From Histomonas meleagridis 2922-C6/04-290x (Eukaryota; Protista; Parabasalia): a DNA stretch of 64,000 nt. The notes beneath the pieces were generated by a model, which was given only the letters and a program-made list of their open reading frames with translations, ran no database searches and was not told where the DNA came from. The DNA lies in contig JAANOX010000153.1 of assembly GCA_020184695.1 (NCBI GenBank), positions 310,001-374,000 of the forward strand. Direction: 5' to 3'. Shown here one piece after another: positions 31,122 through 44,429 of this stretch. Position 1 is the first letter of the stretch. Each line of letters starts with the position of its first letter. The position numbers and the translations under genes are program-made.

Positions 31122-33212
31122 ATGATTAACGTATCGGTTTTAAGCAGCTATAAAAGTGACAAAACTCCAGCTTTTACTATTGAATGGTTTACAACTTATC
31201 AACTTTTCATGCTCAACCAATTTACACATTCTTCTCTTATACAAAGAGGAAATGAAGCAATAGCACATATGAACTACCCCGAAGCACTCAAAATTTTTCA
31301 ACAAGCTTTTGAAGAAACAGATGATCCACAAGAAAAACTATTATTATTATCAAATTGTACACTTTCTGATCTTGATTTTTTTAATCAAAAAGATTCCACC
31401 TATCCGAATGATATTGATCAAGCGCATGAAAATCAACAAACAAAACAATATGATAAAAGAAATCCCACCATCACCAGTAAAATGACTGAACTTAGCAGCA
31501 AACTTAATTTCAAAAATCTCTTTGAACGTGGTGACATGTTTGGTCGCAACAAATATTATCTTTCTTCGATTCGAGATCTTCAAACGTGTTCATCCCTAGA
31601 TCCCCAAAATCCCTTAGTTTACAACCAGCTTACCATGTATTCCATCCAATGTAATCGCCCCGACATCAGTGAGCAATCGATCAACAAATTAGAAGAAATG
31701 AATTATGATGTCTCTGTCTTACGCGCACGTTATCTCATCTCCCTTAACCGCTATGGAGAAGCCGAAAATGAAATCACCACGCATTCGTATTCCAATGATT
31801 ATAATGCTTCATCATTATCAGCACTTTTATCCTTTTTTCACTACGGTAATGCCACCAAAGCCTTCGCATTACTCAATGCCGTCAACGAGTCCGAAGGTTT
31901 ATATCCATTTGAAAGCACAATCCAACATATATTATATTTATTTACGCAACCTGAAATCCCAAACACTATTTCTCCTTCGTCATTATTTGGTTCATTTTTC
32001 ATGTACATGATCAATGGCATTTATTCGTCTTTATATTTACCTATTGAACAAGTGCCGTCTGATCTATTCATCCCTAAAGCAGTGCAAAAGTCATGGCTCG
32101 GATGGGAAACGAACATTGCGTTTCCATCATTTAGCAAGTTATTATATCCGGACAATTTCAATTATCAACTTAAAGATGAGACGCAAATATTAATGATATT
32201 GCATAACGCATTACCCATTGGCACATGTATTAATAGTTATAATGAAAATGCACGTGAACGTATTTGCATTGGTATCGCATCGATACAATTAAAACAAATG
32301 TTAACATTCGATCCTTTATGCGTCGATATGGAAACGGCAGTTTCAGCAATCGTACATTGGATTCGACTTTATGATCCGATGTCACCAATTTTTAAGAGAG
32401 ATTCGACGCCTTTTACTGCGTATGTTATACGTAATGGTCATAAGACTAATTTGGGGATGTTTTATAATCGGATTTTCTCAATGATTAAGTCGACAATTAA
32501 GGTGAATATAAGTAATAACCCATTAATCATTGAGAAGATCAAAAACGTGAATGATCCATTGGAATTATATAACATAATGAAAACTGATATTGTTTTTGAG
32601 GTTGATAAAAATAAATGTATCTTTATGAGATTGGCTAATAATGGTAATGTCGATATTGGTATATCATTACCACCTTTAGGCATTGAGTTTAATGAGAAAT
32701 ATTCCGAGTTGGCTATGAAATGGTCGAAACTAATGATGTTAATGGTGGCTGATACTACGAAAGAAAGAATAGCTGAGTTTTTGGTGCATTTAATGAATTG
32801 GTTCTTCTCTTGGTTATCGTTGACTCCTTATGGTTGTCATTCACAAACGATTGGATGCGTTTTGTTCTATACGTTGTTGACAACTTACTTGGAAGTCGAG
32901 ATAACAGGGAAAATGCCAATGCCCGAAATCTTACATATCGAGGCGCTGTTAACGAAAAGTTTCGATTCGTTCTTCACATTACTAAAAGATTGTTATCCGA
33001 TAAAGTTTAAGATGTCCGAAAATGTACAAAACGTACAAAGTAATAGTAATGAAGAAGACGAAGATGAGGAATTGGGGCCAAACGTAACAGCACTGATGCC
33101 AACATACCATCATAGGATTCAGGCATTACTAATGATAGATACAAAGAAATTTAGGGATTATTATATGGAAAAAATTAAGGATTTAAACCAAATTTTAAAT
33201 AGTATGAAATAA
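31122..33212 (+). CDS. TPR-containing protein (possibly TTC13-like)
   Basis: N-terminal TPR-like helices (RGNEAIAHMNYPEALKIF; AIRDL-like SIRDLQTCSSLDP). The C-terminal W.SLTP pattern is only weakly reminiscent of TTC13. Confidence 0.6.
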   Translation: MINVSVLSSYKSDKTPAFTIEWFTTYQLFMLNQFTHSSLIQRGNEAIAHMNYPEALKIFQQAFEETDDPQEKLLLLSNCTLSDLDFFNQKDSTYPNDIDQAHENQQTKQYDKRNPTITSKMTELSSKLNFKNLFERGDMFGRNKYYLSSIRDLQTCSSLDPQNPLVYNQLTMYSIQCNRPDISEQSINKLEEMNYDVSVLRARYLISLNRYGEAENEITTHSYSNDYNASSLSALLSFFHYGNATKAFALLNAVNESEGLYPFESTIQHILYLFTQPEIPNTISPSSLFGSFFMYMINGIYSSLYLPIEQVPSDLFIPKAVQKSWLGWETNIAFPSFSKLLYPDNFNYQLKDETQILMILHNALPIGTCINSYNENARERICIGIASIQLKQMLTFDPLCVDMETAVSAIVHWIRLYDPMSPIFKRDSTPFTAYVIRNGHKTNLGMFYNRIFSMIKSTIKVNISNNPLIIEKIKNVNDPLELYNIMKTDIVFEVDKNKCIFMRLANNGNVDIGISLPPLGIEFNEKYSELAMKWSKLMMLMVADTTKERIAEFLVHLMNWFFSWLSLTPYGCHSQTIGCVLFYTLLTTYLEVEITGKMPMPEILHIEALLTKSFDSFFTLLKDCYPIKFKMSENVQNVQSNSNEEDEDEELGPNVTALMPTYHHRIQALLMIDTKKFRDYYMEKIKDLNQILNSMK

Positions 33213-33488
33213 AATTGTTTGTATAAAAATAATTTTAATATTATATGAATAATTCCATATTTTTTGGTAATGGCATAGGTGTTTGAATTAGAGCGCCATC
33301 AAATCCACATAAGGAGATGTGATTTTTCTTGTACAAACCTTTATTCATTAGATCGAATTTTTGGGAAATATAACGTTTATTGAATCACACATAAAATTCA
33401 TTTTCCATGTAAACTTTTGAAATTTTTGAATTTAGTTTTATTAAAAAAGTGCATACATTGCTCCAAATTCCTTTTCGCTTGCTTCACA

Positions 33489-36400
33489 ATGAGTTGGTGC
33501 ATTTATTTCGCAATATTTCTGTCATGTTCAAAGGAAACTTTTATTGAAAGTAACAGTACATTAATTATTTGCAATAATAATGAGTTTACACAAGAGTATC
33601 AAAATCTTGCAAAACATGTTTTAATTAATGGTGAAGTCAACACAATACCTCAAAAGGCATTTTTTTTGTGGGGCAATCTTGTTTCAGCAAGCATTGGGAA
33701 TTCTGTAAAAAAAATTGAACAATATGCCTTTGATTTATGTAAATCTCTTGTGACTGTTACTCTTGGAGAAAACTTAGAAACAATTCAATCCTATGTGTTT
33801 CAGTCTTGTGGGTTATTAAAAAGTATTATCATTCCAAATTCGGTTTCTTCAATTGGTTCAAAAGTTTTTTATTATTGTTCAAGTTTGTCCACTGTTAAAA
33901 TTTCCGAAAATGTTAAAGTAATTAGCACAAAATTATTTACTTATTGCACTTCATTAGAAAATATTGTAATTCCTAATTCTGTAACTTCAATTGAGGATGA
34001 AGCGTTTTATTGGTGTTCCGATTTAAAAACAGTTAAATTAAGCGAAAAACTTGAAACAATTGGTCAAAGTTTATTTTATTATTGTTGTTTACTTAATGAT
34101 ATTATAATTCCTAATTCATTAACATCAATTGGAAGTTTTATGTTTTATAATTGTGCATCATTAAATAATATCACCATTCCGAATACAATAACAACAATTA
34201 AAGAGCATTCTTTTGAATGTTGTTCAGCTTTAAGAAATATAACAATTCCTGATTCAGTAATAACTATTAAAGAATATGGATTTAATAAATGTACTTATTT
34301 ATATAGTATAATAATTCCAAATTCGGTTACATCAATTGATCAATTTGTATTTTCTTCATGTTCTTTTTTAAGATGTATAACACTTCCAAACAAAATTAAC
34401 AAAATTAGTAATTTCTTATTTAGTGGATGTTCTTTATTAACAAATATTACAATTCCAGATTTAGTTACTTCAATTGAATATGGCGCATTTTCTAATTGCA
34501 TTCAATTAAATACAATTATTATGGGAAATAATATTAAAATATTTAAGGATAATTCATTTGAGTATTGTGAATCATTATTCAATATAACAATTCCTAACTC
34601 AGTTATTTCAATTGGTAATGAAGTATTTTTGGAATGTTCAAAGTTAGAAAACATTTTTATGGGTGAAAATGTTGAAACAATTGGAAAAAGAGCATTTAAA
34701 TATTGTATAAGTTTAAGGAATATTTCTTTCCCAAATGTAATTACTATAGGAAATGAATGTTTTTTACATTGTAAAAATCTTAAATCTATTTCTTTACCAA
34801 AAATAGAGAATTGTTCAAATAATTGTTTTACTGAATGTATTTCTTTAGAAACAATTGATTTACCTTCAATTAAAAATATTGGAAATTCTTCATTTTCATA
34901 TTGTTGTATTTTAAATATGATAAATTTTCCAAATGTTATATTTGTTGATGATTTGGCATTTACAAATTGTTTTTCTCTAACTTTAGTTAATTTACCAAAA
35001 GTCCAAAAAATCGGAAATAGAGTATTTGAGAAATGTATTTATTTAGTCGAATGTATATTTTTCGAATTAACTGAAGCTGGTGATTATGTATTTTCTTCAT
35101 GTAAGTCAATTACAACATTTCAAGCATCAAAATTAACAAAATGTGGTAAATATTTATTTCAAGGACAAAATGTAATAGAAAACTTTGAAATGGAAAGTTT
35201 AGAAAATGCATCTGATTACTTATTTTCAAATCAGATTATTAATACAATAAAAATTCCTAATTGTAAAGAGTTTGGAAAGTCATGTTTCGAAAATTCAAGT
35301 TTAAGAATCAATTATGCACAAGAAACAATACAATTTAATGTTATGAAAGTTGGAGATAAATGTTTTTATAATTTTGATAATTTATTGACTTCAATTGTTT
35401 TCCCACATTTACAATTTATTGGAATTTCTTCTTTTGAAAATTGTAAAATTAAATGTGATTTTCCTTCGTTAATAAAATGCGATGATTTTGCATTTCAAAA
35501 TTGCCTTATTACCGAATTTATGGCACCAAAATTAAAATTTATTGGAAAATATGTTTTCACAGGTACAAATTTACAAAGTTTCATTGCAAATAATTTGATT
35601 GAAATTGGTGACGGATGTTTTAAAAACCAAAATGAGCTTCAAAATTTAAATATTGAAAATGTCGAAAAACTTGGAAACGAATGTTTTATGAATTCATTAA
35701 TTAAAGTAATAAATTTTTCTAAGTTAAATCAAATTGGTTCACAATGTTTCTCATATTGTAAATATATCGAATATTTTAATAGTAATATCATTACTGAAAT
35801 TGGTTCGAATGCATTTCAATCATGTGAAAACCTTAAATCGATTTCTATTCCAAATTTAATAAAAGTAAATGCAAATACATTTAATAATTGTTATAAGTTA
35901 CAAAATGTTTATTTTCCAAAATTACAAATTATTGATGAAAATTCATTTAGTAATTGTATTTCTTTAATTAATATATCATTTAATGAAGTTTCATTAATCG
36001 GAATTTCTTCTTTCGAAAATTGTAAAAATTTACAAAATGTAAATTTACAAAATTTAAAAGAAATTCAACAAAATTCATTTAAAAATTGCGTTTCATTAAT
36101 TCATGTTTCATTTCCTAATGTTTCAATAATTAAAGATTCAGTATTCGAAAATTGTATAAATTTAGAAATAATTAATTTAACAAATGTTAAAGAAATTGGA
36201 TCAAAATGTTTTTCGAATTGTTCCAAATTAAAATGCGTTTCCGAAAATGTTTTGACAATTGAATCGTTTACATTTTCAAATTGTGTTTCACAGTAGTGAG
36301 TCTCTAGAGACGATCGAATTGAAAAATTTGGAAACGATCAAAAGCAATTCATTTGAAAATTGTAAATCACTCAAAACTATGATTTTCGAAAATTTGCTTA

Positions 36401-36924
36401 AAATTGAAGGAGATTCTAACTTTAAAGGATGTTCCTCACTAACAATTATTCATGCTCCTTTATTGCATACAGTGTCAAAAGATTCCAAGCATATTTTTGA
36501 AAATTGTTCATCGTTATCAATTGCATCATTTCCAGATCAACCACCTAATTTTAATTCCAAAGTTTTTGAAAACACAAACCGAATCAAAATTCATAAAAAA
36601 GGACATTTTGTATATGACATTACATTATGTTTACCATTTATCAAAAATTATGAAAATTATAACGTTAATGATACGGAAGAATGGAATCAAATTCTTGCAG
36701 TTAAACCCGAAAATTATTTTAATGTTTGTACATATTCTAAAGATACGAAATCTAATCAAAAAAGTCTAATTATTGTAGTCACTATTGGCGGCGTCGCTAT
36801 GGTTGCAACAATTGTTGTGGTCTCTGTACTGTTGTACAAGAAAAATATAAAGAACAGAGTGCTGAGAAATGAAATTGATGAACATATTTTGCTTTCTTCA
36901 TCTGTTGTAAACGATTTCGGATAA
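33489..36924 (+). CDS. BspA-like (TpLRR) surface protein with C-terminal TM, frame broken at about 36291-36303
   Basis: Dozens of xIPxSVxxIxxxAFxxCxxL repeats and a signal peptide. The TM and cytosolic tail are in a second frame (36259-36924). Confidence 0.88.
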
Positions 36925-37735
36925 TAATCACAAAAACATTTCATATGTTAATCGAATGTTTATAAATGTGTTTGTTTTGTTGTAATTTTTATTATGATCA
37001 AATCCATGTGAATATAAATAAATGTGTTTATTCCGGAATTTTAATTTTATTACAATTTCCATAAGGACATATATCGTCTTCCTCATTCATGATATTTGAA
37101 TTAATGTTATGGTAAAGAAAATTATTGTTTTTTATCTTTACTATTTTTGATGTAAATAAAAAAAAATTGATTTAATGTCTTAGAAATTTACATTAAATGA
37201 AAGTTCACTAATAAGTTCGAAAACAATTGCTAATTGATTAAAGCATTTTAGATGCTAATTTGTATAAATAAATTTATAGTGTTCTTCATATATAATTATT
37301 TTACGAAAAAGAAGGTTACTCCTGAATTGCAAATATATTTAAATTCTTTATAAGCAATATCATTTGAATGTATTGATTTGAACTAATTAAATTTGTAATT
37401 GGACCTTCAGCCAGCTTTTGTATCATAGCACTGATGAAAACTGGATACTAATTGACTATATTTAAAATATCAGCTGATATAAATGCTAGAAAAACATGAT
37501 TCTCTGAAAAAGTTGTCCATGAAAAAACTCTAAACTGAAAAAACTAAAATCATTGACAGTATAAATAAATTATTAATGAATGATTTTGAATCACATTATT
37601 CAAAAATTAAAAATAAATTCTTCATATTCAAAAATCCGTACACAGATTTATAATCAATACTCGAATATTTTGTCACAAAAATCCTATTAAAAATCTTGCG
37701 AAGAATTTGTGAATACTATGGTACATAATTATTTA

Positions 37736-38345
37736 ATGGGAATTCAAGAAAGCATACTCAAGAGGAAAAAAGAGCATACACTTTCAGATACACAGATTGA
37801 AGAATTTAAGAAAATAACACATTTTTCTCCTTTAGAACTTCAAGCGTTATATGAGAGATTTATGACGATTGGAAAAACAAAGAAAAAAAAAACATATCTT
37901 TCTCTTTCAGGATTTAAGAAGCTCGCAATTAAAAGTGAACTACTTTCTGAAATGGTTTTTAATGTTTTTGATATTGACGGAGACAAAAAACTAGATTTTA
38001 AGGAATATGTGACTGGGTTATCTACTGTATGTTCAAGAGCAGAAGATCATGAAAAGATATCGTTTTTATTTAAAGTATTTGATTCAAAAAAAAAGGATAC
38101 ATAGAAAAAGACCTCCTTAAGAAGCTAATTCCTTTAATCACAAGAGAAGTGTCTCCGGATTGGATTCCAAATGAACAAGTATACGTAATTGCTGAGGCAT
38201 CCTATACCCAACTTATTGAATCAATTGAGGGAGAATCATCGATTCCAAGAAATTTGAAGCTGCATGTTTAAAGCATCCAACAGTTCTGAAAATTATTAAT
38301 GTTGAATTTGATAAAGCCAGCAATCGCCCTATCATCACACACTAA
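37736..38345 (+). CDS. EF-hand protein of calcineurin-B/NCS type, two frameshifts (errors or pseudogene)
   Basis: MGIQES is a myristoylation-like start, followed by FNVFDIDGDKKLDFKEY and FKVFDS. Continuation GYIEKDLLKKL and KFEAACLKHP occur in other frames; the first shift is in an A run. Confidence 0.7.
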
Positions 38346-38648
38346 TTTTCACCAAAGTATTAAATAAATTTTAACATGTATGGTAGTTTTTTTTTATGAC
38401 ACGATTGCCCCCATTTGAAAGAGTTTATATTATACATATAGAATTTATTAATATTAACAATGTGGTGTGTTTTTCTTTGATGAATTAAAAAATACATAAC
38501 TCACTCTTGAAAACATTTGGTTTACTTATACCTCTCAGAAATTTTTTTCAGTGAACTCCGTTGTTCGGTGTCTTCAAGATAACAAACCACTCAATTATTT
38601 GAACTTTTCGAAAAAATTAAGGTATACTGTTCTAATAGATATTTTTTC

Positions 38649-39068
38649 ATGGCTAATAACTTCAAGAATCAATTTCTCGAACTTTTATCGTTCTTGAATC
38701 AGCAAGAAGGATTTGATATCAATGCCAAGTATGATGATGTAATCATAATTTCACATCTTGGCGATTCACGAGTTTTATTAATTGAAGAAAATGGTGAAAG
38801 TATGCATGTAACAATCGATCACAAACTTGATGACAAAAATGAGATAAAACGAATATTAAAGGAAAGAGTTAAAGTTCAAAGAGGAAGAGTTAGCGGAACG
38901 CTATCTATTGCACAATGCTTAGGCGATTTCTATATACCTGGAATAGGTAGAACACCAATAACAGTTAAACCGGTGATAACACATAAAGATAAATGGCTGA
39001 TTTTGGGATGCGACGGATTATTCGATTTGATTACACTTCTATCAAAGCATATGCTAATTTATAATTAA
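38649..39068 (+). pseudogene. Partial PP2C phosphatase domain preceded by an ankyrin-like fragment
   Basis: IISHLGDSRVLL..DHKLDD..EIKRI..GRVSGTLSIAQCLGDF..WLILGCDGLFD covers only the C-terminal half of PP2C, fused to LNQQEGFDINAK. Confidence 0.65.
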
Positions 39069-39717
39069 CGAATAAACTTATTTACTAGCAAACAATAGTT
39101 TTGTATTCTGTTACCTTTTTAATAATTTTATTTATACTCAATGAGTTCATTTTTAAAATTTCTTTTTGTTTGCTTTGCTCATCAAACAACGCGAATAAGG
39201 AACAACGCGAACTTATTCTTGTGTAATTCCGATACTAAATATTCAATTGTATTGTGAAATCGTTAGCTGATATGAATTTATGATTATATGTATTTCTTAG
39301 TTGATTCAGTACGAAAATAATATCAATTTATTAGTTCAAGCAAGCTTAATCCAGGTGGTAAACAAAAACGCGGCCGTTTAGAGGAGTGCTCCCAAAACTT
39401 GCATTCAAAATTCAATACGTAATTACTGTCAATTGTGTCGCAACAAACTTTTTGAGCGTTTTTCTTTCATAAGTCGAACGATATCACTTTCTTTCATTTT
39501 TTTTTTGTTGTTTTGGCAATTGAAATGAGGGGACTTTCTGTCACTTTTCAATAAATATATTACGTTTTCAGCTTTGTAAACAGCTTCCGATCGCAAAAAC
39601 AACAAAACATGCATCAACAAAAGTTCAATCAATGAACCGACGAAAACGCGGCGCGGTTGAAACTCTCTGTATCGTTTTTGACTGATTTATTAGCAAGTTT
39701 CTCAAGTTTTCTCGCAA

Positions 39718-41385
39718 ATGTGTTCTTTCTTTCTGGCTTTACTCATGTGTTTCTTTTGCTTATTACAAGCCTCTCCAAAAAATTCAGGTTCAAAGATTTT
39801 TAGTGATCAATTATCTATTTCTCAAACTCTCAAACATTTCCCTTATTTCACTTTAGAATCCAAAGGCCATACATGTTTACCTATCTCAGCCCATAACAAA
39901 GAGTGTGTATCCATTAAAATCACAAAATTTATTATGCAAACAGCGAATGAATCAAATACATTTAATTATATCACAGAAGAATATCAGCATCATTCCTCTT
40001 TATTAAGGTTACCGATATCATATGTTAAATATTATTTCAAATTCTTTTCTTTGACATTTAATCATTTTTCATTAAAAGCTCATTTACCAATTTCAATGAA
40101 TAATAATTTCATGAAGAAAATGTACAAATTCAATGAAAATGCTCAAGTTCTAATGTATAACTTTTTTATTTTGGGATTTTTTTTATTTCATGAAATCAAA
40201 TTTTTAATGAATAAATTGAAAGCAAACGAAAAGAAAAAACAGAAAAATATTTTAATTTTTGTTATATTTTTTATGAACTCTTCTGAAATATTTTATGAAA
40301 ATACTTCAACACTTACAATCATAAATTCAAATGAATTTAATGAAATTTCTCAATATCAAAACATAACGAAATATATAATTATCAGTGAAAATATTTATGG
40401 AATTCCAGGTGATGCATTTTCAGGATGGCCTTCAGTTGTTTCAGTTGATTTTGGTAATTCAGTATCAAATATTGGAATTTCAGTGTTTTCATCATGTTCT
40501 AATTTAGTTACGATTATAATTGGAGAAAATGTTACAGAAATTGGTGGTTCAGCATTTTCATTGTGTTCATCGATCAAAAACATTACAATTCCAAATTCGG
40601 TCACAACAATTGGAAGTTATGCATTTTCATTATGTTCTAATTTAACTTTATTAACACTTGGCTATGGAATAAGAAATATTGGAAGTTCAGCATTTGGTAA
40701 TTGTTATAATCTTCAATGCATTTATTATTATGGAGACACTGAACCAAATATTGGTGAAAATGCATTTTATAATGTTTTTACAAGTGTTATCACATATTCA
40801 ACATATGTAGGAAGTAAATTTGGCAATTTAGATGTTGCCAAAGACAACACAGAAGGAACATGCGAACCACTTCCAACGCATTTATTTTCTAATTCGAATA
40901 CATTTACTGCATCACTTCAAAGTGATATTTCATTATCATTTTCATATACATTAACAGTTACATTATCAATTACACATTCATTAACTATTTATGAAACAAA
41001 AACGAAAACATTTTCATTATATATCAATAATTCGACATTTTCATATATTGAAACAGAATTTATTTATTACAATTACACGATTGTTATTTATTCGACTTAT
41101 TATAATTATTATTCCAATTTCTTTACAATGTTTTACACTTCCAATGAAAATTCGCCAAAAGGAATTACGACAAATGCTTTGATTGGAATTATTTGCGGAT
41201 CATTTGCATTTGTTTTGATCATTGTTGGAATTGTTATATTTTTAGTGAAAAGTAATAAGAAGAAAGAAAAATCGAATTCAAAGTTACAATTTAAGGACAC
41301 GACAACATCAAGTACAAAGCAAATCGAAGAAGTAAATAGTTTAGTTGAAGACATTGTGAAAGAAGATGAAGACAATTGGCTATGA
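39718..41385 (+). CDS. Short BspA-like membrane protein (copy A)
   Basis: About 4-5 TpLRR repeats, a Ser/Thr/Tyr-rich stalk, TM and acidic tail. The true start is uncertain. Confidence 0.75.
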   Translation: MCSFFLALLMCFFCLLQASPKNSGSKIFSDQLSISQTLKHFPYFTLESKGHTCLPISAHNKECVSIKITKFIMQTANESNTFNYITEEYQHHSSLLRLPISYVKYYFKFFSLTFNHFSLKAHLPISMNNNFMKKMYKFNENAQVLMYNFFILGFFLFHEIKFLMNKLKANEKKKQKNILIFVIFFMNSSEIFYENTSTLTIINSNEFNEISQYQNITKYIIISENIYGIPGDAFSGWPSVVSVDFGNSVSNIGISVFSSCSNLVTIIIGENVTEIGGSAFSLCSSIKNITIPNSVTTIGSYAFSLCSNLTLLTLGYGIRNIGSSAFGNCYNLQCIYYYGDTEPNIGENAFYNVFTSVITYSTYVGSKFGNLDVAKDNTEGTCEPLPTHLFSNSNTFTASLQSDISLSFSYTLTVTLSITHSLTIYETKTKTFSLYINNSTFSYIETEFIYYNYTIVIYSTYYNYYSNFFTMFYTSNENSPKGITTNALIGIICGSFAFVLIIVGIVIFLVKSNKKKEKSNSKLQFKDTTTSSTKQIEEVNSLVEDIVKEDEDNWL

Positions 41386-43535
41386 ATAAAATGTGTAATA
41401 ATGAACATTTATTAATTTAATGTAAATATAAAAATTAAGTGTTGTCATATAGAATAAAATGAAATCATATGAACGATAATATCATTTTGACTTTAAAATG
41501 TTTTGAATTCGTTTATTTAAATATGAAATTTTGAATTTTATGATGTTTAACTAGTATCACTGACTTTCAATATAATAAGGTAAATATTGTTGCACAATGA
41601 TCAATAATTTTGAATTATGATTGTGTTTACATTAAATGATCAAAAGCTTTTGAATGAAATTGGATAAACTTTACTTGAATTCATCATTCTCAAAATCGAA
41701 AAATATTTTATAAATTAAAGATACAATGTAATTGATTTTGTACATAAAGAACTCCTTATATTTTGTTTATTATATATAATAATAATAAACTTTAAAAGCA
41801 AGAAATAGCTGAATTGCCAATGTTTTAAAAAAGTATTAATTTTATGATGATGGAAACATCTTAGATAAATGAACGGCACATAAAAGTTTAACCGTGAGAT
41901 TTTAAACTTTTGAGATAGCCGATGTGTAATTGGTGAAGGTCTATAGATATATTACAAGCTGAAATATGAGGACCTTTCTTTTATTCAGCATTTTCATCAT
42001 GATGAAACGATTTATAACCGATACAAAGCCTATTACACCTTATGTTGTTCAAAAAGAAATATTAAAAATACAAACCCATGAAAACAAGAAAAGTATGACT
42101 TACAAATGTGATGGGGATGTATCAATTAATGAAATTATGAACAAAAAATATAAAAGATTTAACAATAATTATAAAGTTTTGATGAACAAATTATTTTTAA
42201 ATTTGATGCCATATAATGAATCTACAATAGTTGTACATCAGAATTTTAATAACAAACAAAAAATTCAAAGAACATATTTTTCAAACATTTTGGAAAAATA
42301 CTTCGAAATTGATATATTTGTCAAAAATGGCATATTTGAGGAAACTTTCAACAAATCTTATGAAGATATATCTCCTATAAATCGTGAATTTTCACATTTT
42401 TTTATGATGCGAAACTACAACGAAGAAGGACCAAACATTTTGAATGTTTTACATCATTTAACCATCATTTTTTCAATTACATTTCCGGTTATTTATATCA
42501 AATTTTATCAGAAAAACACAATTTCAGTTCAGAAAATATTAACGACCAAATATACATTGAAAATAAAAGATAAGAAAAAAACTGAAAATATTTTAATTTT
42601 TGTTATGTTTTTCATGAACTCTTCTGAAATATTTTATGAAAATACTTCAACACTTACAATCATAAATTCAAATGAATTTAATGAAATTTCTCAATATCAA
42701 AACATAACGAAATATATAATTATCAGTGAAAATATTTATGGAATTCCAGGTGATGCATTTTCAGGATGGCCTTCAGTTGTTTCAGTTGATTTTGGTAATT
42801 CAGTATCAAATATTGGAATTTCAGTGTTTTCATCATGTTCTAATTTAGTTACGATTATAATTGGAGAAAATGTTACAGAAATTGGTGGTTCAGCATTTTC
42901 ATTGTGTTCATCGATCAAAAACATTACAATTCCAAATTCGGTCACAACAATTGGAAGTTATGCATTTTTCATTATGTTCTAATTTAACTTTATTAACACT
43001 TGGCTATGGAATAAGAAATATTGGAAGTTCAGCATTTGGTAATTGTTATAATCTTCAATGCATTTATTATTATGGAGACACTGAACCAAATATTGGTGAA
43101 AATGCATTTTATAATGTTTTTACAAGTGTTATCACATATTCAACATATGTAGGAAGTAAATTTGGCAATTTAGATGTTGCCAAAGAAAATACAGAAGGAA
43201 CATGCGAACCACTTCCAACACATTCATTTAGTCAATCAAATACACTCACACAATCAAATTCGTTTAATCAATCGAATACATTTTCTAATTCGAATACATT
43301 TACTGCATCACTTCAAAGTGATATTTCATTATCATTTTCATATACATTAACAGTTACATTATCAATTACACATTCATTAACTATTTATGAAACAAAAACG
43401 AAAACATTTTCATTATATATCAATAATTCGACATTTTCATATATTGAAACAGAATTTATTTATTACAATTACACGATTGTTATTTATTCGACTTATTATA
43501 ATTATTATTCCAATTTCTTTACAATGTTTTACACT
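40244..43535 (+). repeat. Direct duplication of about 0.9 kb: 40244-41139 and 42586-43535
   Basis: Near-identical sequence apart from a few substitutions, the 1-nt indel and an extra SQSN-repeat segment in copy B. Confidence 0.9.
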
Positions 43536-43808
43536 GATAATAATGATAATCAAAACAACGATAATAAAACAACGATTATCATCATTTCTGTTTGTGTAAT
43601 CGTTATAGTTATTGTCATTATCATAATATTAATTATATTATTGACACATATTCGAAATAAAAAAGAAGAAATTTATGAAAATGATAAATCAGAAGAAAAT
43701 GAAAACGAAACGATGAATACATTTACTACAGGAATAAGTAACATAAATATTGAAGAAGATCCATTTGCCGAAGATTTTCAAGAAGAAAAATTCATTGAAC
43801 GAATATAA
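41966..43808 (+). CDS. Short BspA-like membrane protein (copy B), +1 frameshift in T run at about 42965
   Basis: Same core as copy A. GCATTTTTC here versus GCATTTTC in copy A explains the split into two ORFs. Confidence 0.72.
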
Positions 43809-44429
43809 TTTTCAATATTAGATATTTGTAAATTATGTAATGATAATTATAAATATTATATGAGTCTTATGAAATAAAATATTTTGATGATACATTACAT
43901 TAATGCATTACATCGTCTTAAAAATAACTTTAAAACTTTTATAATGATATTAAATGGATATGATCAAATGTCTTTAATACATTCAATACGAAGAATAATG
44001 ATGTATAAATATCAAAGAACATATGGCTTATTTACATCACAGACTATAACTTTCACACTTACACTTAATTAACATGTAACTCATTATCAATCAATAAAAA
44101 AATAAGTGCCAATGGTAAAATAACATATTCAAATTTAAAAAGGAAAGCGAAAGTAATAAATCAAGATGTGAATCAATTTATAAATGATGAAGGAAATTAA
44201 TGAGTTCAATATAAACAAAAAATTAATACTATAAAATAAAAATGAAAATAAATTTAAAAATGTTTATTTATTGTAAAACTATTTTCGAAATGAGTGTTAA
44301 GAAGCATAAAACCTAAACATTGTAATTTTCATTTTTTTTTACAAAGACGTTAAATTACTTCACATGTTTCATTAATAGACATGTGACATGAAACATTTTC
44401 AAAAAAAATCAAATTAAAAATTGAGAAAT

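Noticed and set aside
39200-39640. GC-richer segment with a broken minus-strand ORF
   Set aside because: Multiple stops and frameshifts, no recognisable domain or RNA motif.
12500-43000. Programmed frameshifts in the Ras-like (about 12510), EF-hand (about 38090) and BspA copy B (about 42965) genes
   Set aside because: All lie in homopolymer runs, and copy A of the BspA shows the correct run length. Long-read indel errors or simple mutations are more likely.
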